A stretch of DNA of 63,699 nt, filler included, from Octopus bimaculoides (GCF_001194135.2; 4 parts of 4 records of this genome joined end to end with filler, not necessarily neighbours in it); one strand, 5' to 3'. Positions 37,721 through 51,358 are shown, counted from the first letter of the whole stretch. Notes: a model not told the origin generated them from the sequence alone. Translations and numbers: made by a program.

Positions 37721-38039
37721 CACAGGCTTATTCTTTATGTCCATGCCACCCCCATACATAACCTGTCCCTTCCCAACAACCCATCTTCTCAGTACCTTCC
37801 TCCCCCATCTATGATCACATGATGTATGCCTCCCCCACTTTCCCTCACAAACCTACCTGTACACAATCACTCCCAATGCCCATACATATCTACCATAGTC
37901 CCCCTGAACAACATCTAACACTAGCTACAATTACTTCTGCCTCATCTCTATCTCCCACACTCTATTGAAACATCTCCTCCTCTATCCCTCCCTGCCCACT
38001 CACTCTTGAGTATTCCAGTATTCCAGCATGACCAGCTGT

Positions 38040-38600
38040 ATGTGGCTTTAAGCCAGGGAATAATGAATGAAAATGTTGAAGTATTCTTGAAGGAAGGCAA
38101 GTCTATCAAAACTGTCATAAAAAGCTTTCTCCTTTAAATCACCAAGAGGTATAGTTATCTTTCTTCTTTAATATGGAAAGCACTTTTTCAGACAATGCAT
38201 TCATATACAAATTTTCTTCAAACATTTAACAGGTTACTATTCAGATAGTTCCAATTAAAGCAATCCAGAAGTTAGATTAAATATATGTGTGTAAGTACCA
38301 CGATTCCCATTCAACAAAGTGGCAAACAATTTAGGATATCAATTGCCAATAAGTATCACTATGAATTTTTGAAAATATTTAGAAGACTCAAATGTAATTT
38401 CTTCTGTACTTTTTCCTGGAGAGCATCCAAAAAGAATACAGTTTGATACCTCATTTGTGAAACTTTTAGGACAATTTGGTCAATCAATTGATTGAAATCT
38501 TGCTTAATTAACCTAAATTAACCATATTTGTAATGTCATATCTTTGAAACAGGTGATAATCATCTTCAAATTACATCCAGAAATGTGTTTAATGTGTAAA
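38040..38600 (-). mobile_element. Highly decayed Penelope-like RT remnant
   Basis: Minus strand RYDITNM (cf. SYDVTNLY), a WxxxxPExI-like stretch and an AMG..(A)PTY.NL-like segment; many stops. Confidence 0.4.
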
Positions 38601-38680
38601 ATTGGTATATCCAATAATGTTACACAGCTGTATTTAGTGGCTATTTAAGCAATGTGTTCGTAGATGATTAAGGGATTACA

Positions 38681-38738
38681 TGAGTGCTGATGAAGGAGTA
38701 AAAACTCCTGAAATATGGCATATATGCCATTACCCTTT
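38681..38738 (+). ncRNA. Type I hammerhead ribozyme motif
   Basis: TGAGTG CTGATGA AGGAGT-aaaa-ACTCCT GAAA t ATGGCA-tata-TGCCAT TA CCCTT: exact core boxes, perfect 6-bp stem II and 6-bp stem III. Stem I is only partly paired. Confidence 0.65.
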
Positions 38739-41700
38739 TTTCATCTTCAATCTCATTGTTTTCATCTGATGTCTTGGATACAAAACATAACAAAAATCAG
38801 TGCTGATTACAATTCTATAGAATATCTGGCAGAGGATTCCTATGTTTTCATTATAGGAGATTATGATTTTGCCAAAAGAGCACTTTTTCAAAATTTTAAT
38901 TTCCCCCTCCCCACTCCCAAATTGTTTTTTTTAATCCATGAATAAAAATGCAGAGATTATGAACTTGGAAAAATTTTTTTTTTTAATTTTAACTTTTAGA
39001 AAACATACTCCCCTACTCCCACCTACCTGCTTTCAAAAAGCTATAAAAACTCCATGTTTTACTTTTGTCATACATGCATAGATTTCTAGTGAAACAGCAG
39101 ACAAAAAAATATCAAACCACCACCAGAAAACCCAATATGCTAGAAACAACAGCTAACTGTCATTTAACAACCTTTTTTCTTTTTTCTAAAACATATACAA
39201 CGTAATCACCCGCAAAAAAAATTTGTTATCAGGGATTTTATATATTTTGTATGATTTCTAAAAAAAATTCATTTTAAGTTTATATCAAAGATCAGGTTTT
39301 TAAAACAGCTCATCACGAATTACAAAATAAAAAAGTTGATTTCAGTTGGGAGTTGACCTCTAATTTTGCATGTGCACATGACAAACGAAGATTGCCAGAG
39401 TTTTTTTCTTTTTTTTTTTATTCCAAGCCACATATTATTTTTATGCTGTGTTTATATAGAAATAGCAAATAATAATTCATACTGACGTTTTACCCATGTC
39501 ACATTTGTATTGAACTATGTTTATCTACACCTAACTTCTGTGTGAAAGTGTGCTTACGTTTTACACCTGCCAAATATCTGTGGAGATAACCCTAACAAAT
39601 GATGTAAAGCATACTGCTAACACTGTAGAACATGGTACTGACTTATAAAAACGTTTAGTATACTATAATATATGATATAGTATATGATGACTCCATTGCA
39701 TCCCTACATGTCATCATATTAATAGTGTCCATGGGATAGCAGTTGCCTATTTTTTCTCAGGTTCTTGAAAATGAAATTTTTTGCTGGCAATTTTTAAAAT
39801 ATTTATGTGAAACCTATAACAGTCAATTTTGTGATGTTTTCAGACCTATCTGAATCCAAAACTACAAGTAGGTATCACTATAGAGCAAAGGTTCTCACCA
39901 GGGGATGCCATATGCCCCACCCTGAGGGCATTTGAAGCTCGAGGGGAGAGATTTGAAGCAAAGGAGATGGGGGAGGCGTTAAGAGACTTGGGGGATGCTA
40001 GAATACCCTCGCCGTTGGTAAGTTTAATTTGAAATTAACAAGTAGCAGCCATATTTTCACATCTCTGCGATAGTCAGTTTAAAAAAAAAAACATGCCTTT
40101 CCATTTCAAATTTTCAAAAACTTTAAAACGCTTTTTCCATTTTGACGACACTAAGCAAATTCCGGTTACCATGTGTAACTGGTGTCACTAAAGTGAAACC
40201 CCCAAAACAAAACAAAAACTAAAAACAGATGAATAGTGACAGACAATTAAAAGAAGAAAAAAAAGCAATGAATAAAAACGAAAAGCTGGCTGTGTGTGTG
40301 TGTATGTATAATTAATCTTTATAGTTTATAATATCGTTAAAGTTTTTTTAAAATCAAAACTTTGTATATATATATAAAGTTTAACCTTTTATTCTTAATA
40401 ATTTTTTCTTTCCTAATTTTTTCATTCATAATTTTTTCCATTCATAATTTTTTCATTCATATTTTTTATTATTACGTTTGTAGAAATAAATAATCTTGTA
40501 TTTTTCTATTATTCAATTGATCTTTAATCATAATTAAATAAACGTCTTTAGCTTTAAATAGTATAGCTTTAACTATTACACCGGTTAAATATGTACTAAT
40601 TTTATCTTCATTATTATTTTAAACTTAAACTTCGTTCAACTTGTATTTAAAACAATGATAATTTANNNNNNNNNNNNNNNNNNNNNNNNNNNNNNNNNNN
40701 NNNNNNNNNNNNNNNNNNNNNNNNNNNNNNNNNNNNNNNNNNNNNNNNNNNNNNNNNNNNNNNNNNNNNNNNNNNNNNNNNNNNNNNNNNNNNNNNNNNN
40801 NNNNNNNNNNNNNNNNNNNNNNNNNNNNNNNNNNNNNNNNNNNNNNNNNNNNNNNNATTTTTTAAATAATTTTTCTATCTTTATATAATAAGTATTTCAT
40901 ATTAATTCATTTGGTACTTATTGTTGGTTGAGATATATATCTAATTATTATTCTAATTACGATCTGACGAGTAGCTATATTTTTGAATAGAACTTATTTT
41001 CGATAATTTCAATTGATTTTAATCGATTTAAATTTCTTTTCTATTTGAAAATTGGTTATGAAACACGTGTAATCTTTTTATTATATTTATCTTATGATAT
41101 TTACTTTACTTTATATTATACTCATTTATTGTGCTTTTAATATTAATTTTTCTATATGTGATAGTGGATTTTCATCGATGAGTTCTTGAAAATTGGTTAT
41201 TTTCCCTAAAACTATATATATACACACACACACACAAGGATGTATATAAAACTAACTCTGTAAAAATGTATGTGTGTATATATTTGTATTTTTCTGTATG
41301 CATTTATACATGTATATGTATAAGTTTCAGAAGATATTAGAATAATGTAATAAAAGTCAGTCATTATAATAGATCTCCCAAAAATCTATTTCCTCAATTT
41401 TTAACTACTGTTTCTGGCACAGATATTTATGCAATTTTGATTTTAAAGTATTCAAAAAGTTATTTGGAAATTACAAAGAGAAATGAAGGGCAGATCCTGA
41501 ATAAGAAATGAATTTTGAAATATGACAAATTTTCAGATTTTTTTACATCATTTTAAAAGGGGGCTCATTTTGTGACTCAAACTAACTAGATTCATGCACA
41601 GTGAATACCATCCTCCACAATTTGCTACTCATATGAAGTACATATGTATTTCAACAATTTCTATCAAATATACTCTCTCTCTCTTGAGCATTAAAAATCC

Positions 41701-44700
41701 TCTTCCTGGGTGACAATAACTTAAATGTCAGATTGTTGCAGGGAAAAATTTAGGCAGGACAAAAATGATTTTTTTTTTTTCTTTTTCATAATTTTTATTT
41801 TATTCTACATTCTGAAACAGTTGTAACTCGCATTAAAATTTTTGAAAATCTAACCCCACCTCTTCCCTTTACTTTTCACAATGAAGGAAAAGTCAAACAC
41901 TGCAAGTGNNNNNNNNNNNNNNNNNNNNNNNNNNNNNNNNNNNNNNNNNNNNNNNNNNNNNNNNNNNNNNNNNNNNNNNNNNNNNNNNNNNNNNNNNNNN
42001 NNNNNNNNNNNNNNNNNNNNNNNNNNNNNNNNNNNNNNNNNNNNNNNNNNNNNNNNNNNNNNNNNNNNNNNNNNNNNNNNNNNNNNNNNNNNNNNNNNNN
42101 NNNNNNNNNNNNNNNNNNNNNNNNNNNNNNNNNNNNNNNNNNNNNNNNNNNNNNNNNNNNNNNNNNNNNNNNNNNNNNNNNNNNNNNNNNNNNNNNNNNN
42201 NNNNNNNNNNNNNNNNNNNNNNNNNNNNNNNNNNNNNNNNNNNNNNNNNNNNNNNNNNNNNNNNNNNNNNNNNAAAACTATATGAGAAGAAAGTTCACAT
42301 CCTTTCAATGATATATAATTTTCCATGGAAAAAATTAATTTTAACATGAAAATGATAAAGCAAAAAAATGTTTTTTTTTTCATGTTCAAACTGTCTTTGT
42401 CTCCATTGTATGCTCTATAGCAAAGGTTCTCAACCCATTTTGGTCAAAGGTCCCCTTTTGACCCTTGGAGTCACAAATGTCCTCCCACCCCACCCTCACC
42501 CCCGGAAATATTTTCATTTTTCAATATACTACTTATTTTGATATCAGCAGATAATGATTAAAAAATAAAGGATGTCGTTTTACATATGTGCTTGTACACA
42601 GTCAGGAGTACAGATGTATAAATTGAAATGCAAAAGGATGAAATAATGAATTGAAAGTTTGGTAATTGCATTTATTTCTACCACACAACACTTATGAGAT
42701 CAATGTGTTGTCTATTGAAAGGGTGCTCTTTGGTACAAGTAAATGCCCATGAAATCATTTCAAACCTTTCCGATTTCCCTTATCAAAGCAGCTATTTAGG
42801 CAGGACAAAATGGACCAGACAAGATAAATTTGCTTCACCATTTCTCCAGAGTTACATTTAAAAAAAGACTCATACACATAAATGTCCATCCTTAGACATC
42901 AGAAAAATCAAAATTGCAACAAAATTTAAAATATCTTGGTCAAATGAAAGAGGATCATGGAAAAATGACACATAATATGAAATCAATGAAACTCATCTAA
43001 ATCTAAAAACTCAACATAAATACTTCACTGTAGCTTCTTCACCAAAAATTATCCAGGTATTTTATTAGCTACAATCAGGTCAAATTTGAGGGAAAATTTC
43101 TTGAAAATAGTACCTGTCGCCTATGTTTCAACCTCTCAACTTCAAGAAAAACTATGAAACCTATACTGACCAAATTTTACTCCAGCAGATGATGCAATGG
43201 TACAAAATGAGAGAAAATAATAAGAAATCAGAAATTATTCATTTTGACCCAGTTACCAATTTTGTCCCACTTCCATATAGCAATTCCAAGTGTTTGACAG
43301 AATGGCGAAAAGTATAGGAAAAAAGATTCAAATTAATGAAACATTTGAATATATATGCAATAATCCTAAAACCAAAAAGAAAAATACTTTTAGCTGATGA
43401 AAGATGTAATTTTATAATTAAAACTAAATTCAAAATTTGGAACATACCTCATAAAATAAGACCAGTTTTCAAAACCTCACTGAAATAAGTTTAAGAGTAG
43501 AAATGTGTGTATGTGTGTGCCTTTAACTACTATTAGTCAAGTCAAGGTCAAGCTCAGTCATGCGTTGAAAGGGGGATTCTCTTTATCTTTATATACAGTC
43601 ATATTTACACAAACATACTCACAGATACATACATTTTCAGGTGTGTTGTGTTGTTTCCCTTTTGTCTGTCATTGTCCCCAAAACAGCTACAATTCCCTTA
43701 AGAATTGTAAGCTGCTCTGGGACTGGGCATAAATTGTTTTTTAATTGAATTAATTGGATTCTCTAGAGTGGCAAAATCTATGGTTGTTTGTCATAAAAGT
43801 GAATCCATTACATTTTTTTAAGAAGTCAAAATATCTTTATATATTGAAAGAGCCTTTTCATACCTGATTGCTGGGAGGTGTATTGAGTGCTACATACAAT
43901 TCGTAGCAGGCCCCCCCCAATATCTAGACACCAGAACAATTGCCCCCACTACTCCCCTATAAATCCCTCAACACCCTGGTATTTTCACTCATTTTCAAAG
44001 TTTGTCCCTTTTTTTTTTTCATCTGCTGAACGGTAGCCCTTGTTCTAGTTCAATGCACTTGAGTGCCACATCTCAAGTTTTGTTAAAAATTATCTACGCA
44101 TATAGAATGTTTTAACTTTATTTTGATATAAAACTCGATGGAGTAGGTTAGATAATCATTACAAAATATAAAAGTGAAAATTTATGATAAAATTTTCACT
44201 TAGAAAACAATGTAATTTCTTCAAGATTTTTATACCATAAGAAAAAAATTTCTAGCTAAATAATGGATATGGCAGAAAAAGCACAAAGTGAAAAAAGAGA
44301 TTGGTATACTGGCACTTTTTGCATACAATTAACACATACTGACGCTAGTTATCAAACTGATGGATTCCCACTCAGCAAATTCAAGGATTTAAATATCAAT
44401 TTTGATCCAGAATTTGATCAAGAAATGAACAAATTAATTGCTAAGTAAACATATTTCTATGAGAATTTACACAAAATTGAGTCAAGTAGAGCCTTTAGAG
44501 TCCAAAATTAGCATGTAATCATCATATTGATAATGGAATCCAGGTAAAAAAGTCACAGGAAGAAAAAAAAAGGACGTTAGCACTGTTTCTGCGTCTTTCT
44601 TTAGCAGAAAGGTTAACTGTCAAATTCTCACTTAAGGTTAATATGTCAATCAGTTTCTGTAAAGGAATATGCAGAACTTATGAACTCTGCGCAACCAATG

Positions 44701-44719
44701 GCCTACTCTTCCAGTACTA

Positions 44720-45500
44720 TGTTTGCTAAAAGATCTAGGTGACCTTCCTATTGACTATACTATGACAGTTGGCCCTAATCTTGAGGAGTTTTTACTCTAT
44801 GATAACGGACCAAATGCAAACAACCGCATTCTAGTGTTTGGTACCAGTGATGGCTTCAGACTCCTTGCTGGTGCTGATACTCTATATATGGATAGCAACT
44901 TTGCTACGACACTAAATGTTTTCAAACAGATCTACATCATCCTTGTCCCTTTCTGTGATACAGCTGTTACTTCAGTGTATACTCCTCTTCCAAACAAGAC
45001 TCGTGCCACCTCTGAAGAACTCTTTTTAGGTTATAGTTGATAAGTGTGCAGACCTAAGCTATTCTATTAATGTGCAAACCATGGTGACTGACTTTGAAGA
45101 TGGTGCACTGAGGGCTGTTCTTGCAGTGTTTGGCTACGACGTAAAGAACAAAGGTTGTTTCTTTCATCTTACACAGTTCACTTGGTGTAAGATCCAGGAA
45201 CTGGGTTTGGGAACAGTACAATACCAATGCTGAGTTTCATTCGTTTTGTGGCATGATTGATGCTCTAGCTTTTTTGCTCATAGAAAACATTAACGAAGGT
45301 ATGAGATACCTCAAAACTGTCATTCCACAAGATCCACCTGAAGCCGAGGAGTTGCTCATGTACTTCAATTGTACTTATATTAATGGCTCCTTTCGACTGA
45401 CTCAGCAGCCAGTTTCCATGTCCATTGATGCCCTGATGCCTCTGGGAATGCATCACATTCCACCTATGTTTGCCCCTCACCTATGGAATGTGCATTTTAC
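44720..45500 (+). mobile_element. MULE (Mutator-like) transposase remnant
   Basis: FLLYDNG...RILVFGT...LAGADTLYMDSNFATTLNVFKQIYII (cf. W.MDGTF..P..F.QLY.I), TDFEDGAL, KGCFFHLTQ, MIDALAFL...LLMYFNCTYI...LWNVH. Confidence 0.8.
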
Positions 45501-45529
45501 ATGCCGCTGGCACTGGCGCTGCCAATTCC

Positions 45530-45750
45530 AGTAGCACATGATCAATGTCAGTGCCATCTGACTGGCCCCTGTGCCAGTCACACTTGAAAAGCACCCACTA
45601 CACTCTCGGAATGGTTGGCGTGAAGAACAGCATCCAGCTATAGAAATTTTGCCAGAACAGACTGGAGTCTCATTGCAACATCCTGGCTTGCCAGTCCTCA
45701 GTCAAACCGTCCAACCCATGCCAGCATGGAAAGCAGACGTTAAACGATGA
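45530..45750 (+). mobile_element. Short interspersed repeat (SINE/LINE 3'-tail type)
   Basis: AAAAGCACCCACTACACTCTCGGAATGGTTGGCG...CATCCAGCTATAGAAA...CAACCCATGCCAGCATGGAAAGCAGACGTTAAACGATGAT; recalled as a common octopus repeat tail. Confidence 0.55.
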
Positions 45751-46199
45751 TAATGATATACATATAATTATGATTGTTACCCATTCAATGTTTAGGTAAA
45801 CTTCGTCACCCACTCACTCTTTCTCACCCCCCACAAAAATGAACACATTTCAGCACCAAAAATTGCAAAGGGAAAATCTATTCGGGATTATTGTATATAT
45901 TATATCCAGTGATTTTAAGATGTAGGAAAAAGTTATTTTGTTACTTTTACTTCGTTTCACACATACATGCAAAAACTCTAACGTGTTTCTTTATTATTTT
46001 TTTTAGATTATCGTTTGTTATCTCTCCACACACTTCGTTACCACTAACTTCTATAACCTCTGCATTTTCACTTATTCATTTCAAACGTCTTTGAATTTTC
46101 AATCTAATGTAATCCACACTCTCTCGAAAACGTATTTCTGCAAAATGTTATCTAAAGTTATAGGTAAAGAAAGAAAGAGCAAAAAACATTTGAAAATGA

Positions 46200-46670
46200 G
46201 GGTGGGGGTGAAATTTCCGAGGGTTCCACCCCCACCCCACAGCATAATAGGTCACCGGAATTCAGTCAACAAAAAAAAATTTCCAATGATTCCGGGATAT
46301 GGGAGGGGGGGGCGGTCCTCCCCTTTTTTTCCAAACAAAAATCAGGGGTTTGCAGCATATTAGGAGGTCAGGGTATTTGATTCCATGCAAAAAATCCGAG
46401 TTTTTTTCTTAGTGAAAAGACCGATGGTGGTGGGGTGAAATTTCCGAAGCTTCCACCTCTTTCTGGACTAAAAAAAGATTTTGTAGTATATTAGGTCACC
46501 GGAATTCATTGAACGGAAAAATAAAAATTTCCAATGATTCCGGGATATAGTGGAGGTTCCACCCACCCACCCACTTTTTCCGAACAAAAATAAGGAGTTT
46601 GCAGTGTATTTGGAGGTCAGGATACTTGATTCTACATAAAAAATCTGAGTTTTTTTTTCTAAGTGAAAAT
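46200..46670 (+). repeat. Two-copy tandem repeat, ~230-bp unit
   Basis: Shared blocks GGGGTGAAATTTCCGA, TAGGTCACCGGAATTCA, AAATTTCCAATGATTCCGGGATAT, GGAGGTCAGG and AAAAAATC(C/T)GAGTTTTTTT occur in the same order at about 46205-46420 and 46430-46670. Confidence 0.85.
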
Positions 46671-47953
46671 CGTGCGGGTGAAAGAATCAGATAATACCGA
46701 ATTGTTTTGGGTTTCTTTCTCTCTTTTTTTTTTCTTTTCTCTGTTTTGTCTAATTTTCTAATTTAATTTTGTTAAGGCAATAAAATTCAAGAAATTTTTC
46801 CTGAAAAAAAAAACTTGTTAACTGCCTCAATGAATCGCACATCATGAATATCAGTGATTGTTTATTTGTAATAATTGAACTAAAGGCTATTTTGAATTGT
46901 TTTAGTTAATAGAAATGAAATTTAATTAGCCCGAGTGGAATACACAATCTCGTCCCGAGGTCACTGAATTTCTTTCCTAATCCATGGATTCTTGTCTTGT
47001 TGCTAATCTGCACATCAACTGCTTTGAATTGTTTATTAAATCTCAACATAGATAAAATTTCGAAAAAATTAAAATACAAACAATTACAAATGATATTAAT
47101 ATAAAATGATTGAAAGGCCTTTTTGTTTCTGATTCGGAGTTGTCTTTGTTATCGTCATAATTCTAAATAGAACTTGTAGTACTATCAAAGCTTTTACTGC
47201 AAAACTTAAATCACTGAAATTTTGTTGTCGTTAAAATGTGATAGTAAAACAAGGATTTTGTGAAGACTATTAATAAATTTAGAGTTACAAGTAACAACAC
47301 CAACTATCTCGAGAATTTCCGAAAGCAAGATTCTTGTCCATAAAGTGTGGTGATTAATATTTAACATCAAATCCCCTTTATTGAAATGGTCATTGTTTTA
47401 ACAAATTTTGAAAATAACAAAGAATGTCGTGACTGGAACATGAATTAACATGAACTTTTGAAGCAATGTTTTATTTTAAATCACTTTCAAACATTGAGTT
47501 TTGATAGTTGCCCACCTGAAGACCCCCACACACACCATTGGCGGGCTGTCAAAAAGATCGCGACTGAGAAAGGAAGGAATGTCACACAATCTTAATTCTT
47601 TTCTGAACAAATTAAGATATTGTATTTGCAAATCAATTGAAATATAATTTTTTGAAAAAAAAAAAGAAGTTAATTTGACAAACTTTAAATTAAGATATTT
47701 AAAAATACCAGTCTGGTTAGTAAATGATTAAATTAAATAATTTATTAGTCGAATTCAAATGTAAGACTAAGATTATCTAAAGGAGGATCAACGCGTTTTG
47801 AAAACAATAGGCAAATTTACAACGAAAATATATGTTAAACACATTGATGATCAAACTATTGATCGAAAAATCTAGTTTTATTTCTAAAAATCATGAATTT
47901 TAAAGCTATACAGTGTTTCATGTAAAGAAGCTCATTTTAAATAAATGACTTAC

Positions 47954-48200
47954 CTCCAATGGCGTCGTCGAAGTGATATAAATTTTAATGAGGTGATAAT
48001 GATTAGATAAAAATGTATGGCAATAAATATATGAGATTATATCAAAGTAATTCTATCCATCAATGAGTCTTAACGACACTAACATCAAGCAGCAAAAGAC
48101 ATTTCTTGGTGAAATCAACATAAAAACTCTCTCAAACAAATGTTCAGCGTCCTCTGCTTATCACGTGACAATGTCCTCGAATGTTGGCGATCGAACGTGA
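47954..48200 (-). promoter_or_regulatory. Candidate non-coding first exon/promoter of the minus-strand EF-hand gene
   Basis: Strong donor GGAG|GTAAGT at 47954/47953, locally CpG-rich, and TCACGTGA E-box palindrome at about 48162. No open frame upstream in the phase needed to join 27906. Inference only. Confidence 0.25.
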
Positions 48201-48855
48201 TACTTTATAATTTATTCTGCTTGCATCAATCATATATTCATACTTCTGTTCCTTTATGTCTCAACCATATTTTGGCTGCATTTTGCGAAAGCTTTAACAT
48301 TTTCCACTGATTTTGATCTACTAAATCTGTGCTTTCTACTGTAAAACAATTTAATGCAAAAAATTGGCAATGAGGCTGCAATTGAACACAGTGTAATTTA
48401 GAACTATTTTCAATAGAGCAATATCCAGTTTCTGAAAGATTCCACTTATTGGTGAGGCTGACATTAATGATATTCAGCTTAAAAAATTTCCTAGTTGATA
48501 TCTAGAAAAATGTCGGCAGCTCCAGTCGATGAGGGAGGGGGGTTCTATTTTTGTGGGGTGTTTCTGTTTTTTAGAAAGAAGGCTTAGACAAAGTGCTTGG
48601 CATTCAGTAACTACTTCAATAAACTCATGTCACCATCGCTGCCCTTATTTCTCATATCAAGAATGCTCTTAACCAGTTCAAGGACTTATGTACAAAAACA
48701 GTGTCAGAACAGGAGCTGGTGTCGCAATTAGCTGGCGGGGAGAGGAGTCCCTGCTGTCTAGCGTCTATCATTTGAAAAGACCGGTCGTATTCACATGATC
48801 TGGTGGTCTCGGCACTGGAGATGGCGGATATGTATCTCTCTGCTAGTGATATAAA

Positions 48856-49119
48856 TGTAGTAACGCCTGCGCATGCGTAGAATTAATAAAGCAAGCGTTT
48901 CCCGCTCAATTCATTCTCTTTCACGCTGGCCAGCGATTGAGCATGGACGTGTGTTTAAAGCTGTCTCTACATCTTTCGGTCTTATACTCGACAGCTCGTT
49001 ATTCTCACCTCTAAAGAAGTATAACTAAAGATTTGTATGTTTTACCAAGTAAATAAATGTTGTTTAAGTTGTTTAGTCTGGAGTTCAGCGTTCCGTCTAT
49101 TTCTTTAATATTATAGTAG
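48856..49119 (+). mobile_element. Possible LTR-like sequence
   Basis: Begins TGTAGTAAC, contains GCCTGCGCATGCG and AATAAA, and ends AATA|TTATAGTAG. No TSD or second LTR seen. Confidence 0.3.
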
Positions 49120-49199
49120 GAAGTCAGGTATACAATCTAAAGATGTATAACCCACTTTCTACTAAATAAACAAGAGTGCATTTTGCACCAGAAGCTAAC

Positions 49200-50720
49200 G
49201 AGAGTATTTCTGATGGTATCTACTGCAGTATAGTTTGTTCTAACAGAAAATTCAAATTTAAGTGGGAATAAATATTACCAATTACAAGACAGGTACTCTA
49301 GCAATGCTTTTCCGTAACTTAGACTGCAATAATACTCGATATACATCCTCGACCCTACTGATGATTTGCTGATCGTCAACAAACTTAGCGGCGTTGATGC
49401 TGGAAAGACGCTAATGATTCACTAGATTTCTCTTCAATTATCTTACATTAATTTTCATCTATTCTAAAAAGATTGTTATTGTCTTGTCTTTCTTCTCCAA
49501 GTCTTATTCGATTACTACCGCGTATAATATTCACGGATGTTGCAATACAGAATTTTCAGCGTTTTTATCAAAATAGGCTGAGTCTAGTTGATCGAGCTTA
49601 TTGAAGAGCAATTTCTATGTTTGGATAAAAATAAAAAAGATATTTGTTGTTGATTGGGCATGCAAGTCTGAAAATATTCTATGGATGTTTTTCTTTTCTT
49701 TTTCCAAATGAGGAATTCGAAAAGTATTTAGATGATTCACGACACCTGCAATTTTTATACTTAATAATCTCGCTGATTTGCATCACTGATATCAAGACAA
49801 ACTTATTCTTTTTCTCTTTCCAATGAAACTGTAGAACAGTATTTATATGAATATTTGACAAGTTGTGCACCATTCAATGGGTTCCATATTTTTGAAGTAA
49901 TCAAGTATTATAGGGAACTACATGTTGGCTATCCACCTCGATATTTCTGCTTCCAACTTGCACAGTAGCAGTATAACCTCATTAAGTAGAACTTTGCTGA
50001 CAATACAGTGGATAATAGTCACTATCACTTAATGTTTTTGAAAAGAAATCACGGGATAATTTTTGCTGCAACGTCCATTTCTTGGTACTTCAAAGAAATA
50101 TATAAATAACTCTATTAATTATGTAAGTTGAGCGGTTGTAGCATCGTTTGTATTCATGCTACACATGATCTTAGCACTGCTGAACCTCCGAATGTTTCTT
50201 TTAAAATATTTCATTTCTTATGGACCAAGTATGAACAATTCATGCAGTTCGCCAGGTAAATCTGGTACTTCTGGAATACAAATTAAAGTAGATTTACAGT
50301 AAGCACTAAATCAGGATAGGTCAATGTTCCTCCAGTGCGCTCTTCTATGAATATTAGTGAGTTACAATGACAGCATCTTGCGTCTATTAGACTAATGTTT
50401 ACATTGGCAACTAATGTTTACACTGAACCCGTCATATTATCTTACAACATTCAACAGCCTTTTTGTTTTAGCGACTAATTCTACTCTGAGCTATTGGTTA
50501 CCGTCTTTGTTCTTGAGAAAATCGTGAATTGGCTATACTGCTCAGCATCTTGTTCTAAAAACGTGTTCTCGCTGCTCTTGAGAAAATGGTTCTCGTGCTT
50601 GTCTATGGACATCTTGTACGCTCACACTTTTCAGGAGGAAGTCGTGTTAGTGCTTGTCGGACTACATTCACTTTCTGTATCGTTCATTGTCTTTCTACGT
50701 GCTGCCATATAGCTGCTGCT
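49200..50720 (-). mobile_element. Helitron Rep remnant, internally deleted
   Basis: Minus pieces CKSTLICIPEVPDLPGELHELF...YFKRNIRRFSSAKIMCSM, KNYPRDFFSKTLSDSDYYPLY (cf. KxFPKxF..T....YPLY) and EVDSQHVVPYNT*LLQKY (cf. DNRWVVPYNPYL). Confidence 0.75.
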
Positions 50721-51358
50721 TCTTTTGTGTTGCTCAATCATATTTTGTCATTTCTTAAATAAAATATGCTTGAACAAACAGTAAATTTAATATAGAAATA
50801 TTGTGATCATCTTGCTATACATGTTCTGGTCGCTCATAATATCGATACATTTTTTTTTGCGTGTATGTGCTTAAAAAATAAAAAATTTCAACACCTTTGA
50901 TTTAACAAACTGAAACTTTTTTTAGCACGGTATTCTAAAATGTCAAAATGTTTATAACTATAATTTATATTATTTAGTAAAGGTAAAAAAAATTATTTGG
51001 GTGATGGTGAAAATCCAGCGTTTAGTTGCAATGAGATTTTGTAACTTTGTTGACGTAAAACCCATCTCTTTTTACTGCCAACTTTAGCCTGAATTTGACA
51101 TAGTTGGAGGAGGCAGAAGTGAGGGAGGGAGTGACATCAGGTAACAAAGTGGCTGATTTGAAAGTTCTGTAGTAGACTAATGAGGTTAGATGAATTACGT
51201 CCCTTTGCTGGTAAACGCCGCCAGGTAGCGTTGCAGCTGACACCTACATACTCGGTGGTTGTGAATCTTTCTTTCCCTCTCTCTGAATGATTGTTGAACT
51301 TTGTCACAAATAGCCACAGCTGTGTAAGTAACCTTAACACCAATTAAATAAATGTCTT

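Noticed and set aside
39549-39582. 34-nt minus micro-exon candidate (GYLHRYLAGVK, ends phase 1)
   Set aside because: Phase-compatible with 27906, but such AG/GT pairs arise by chance and there is no homology support.
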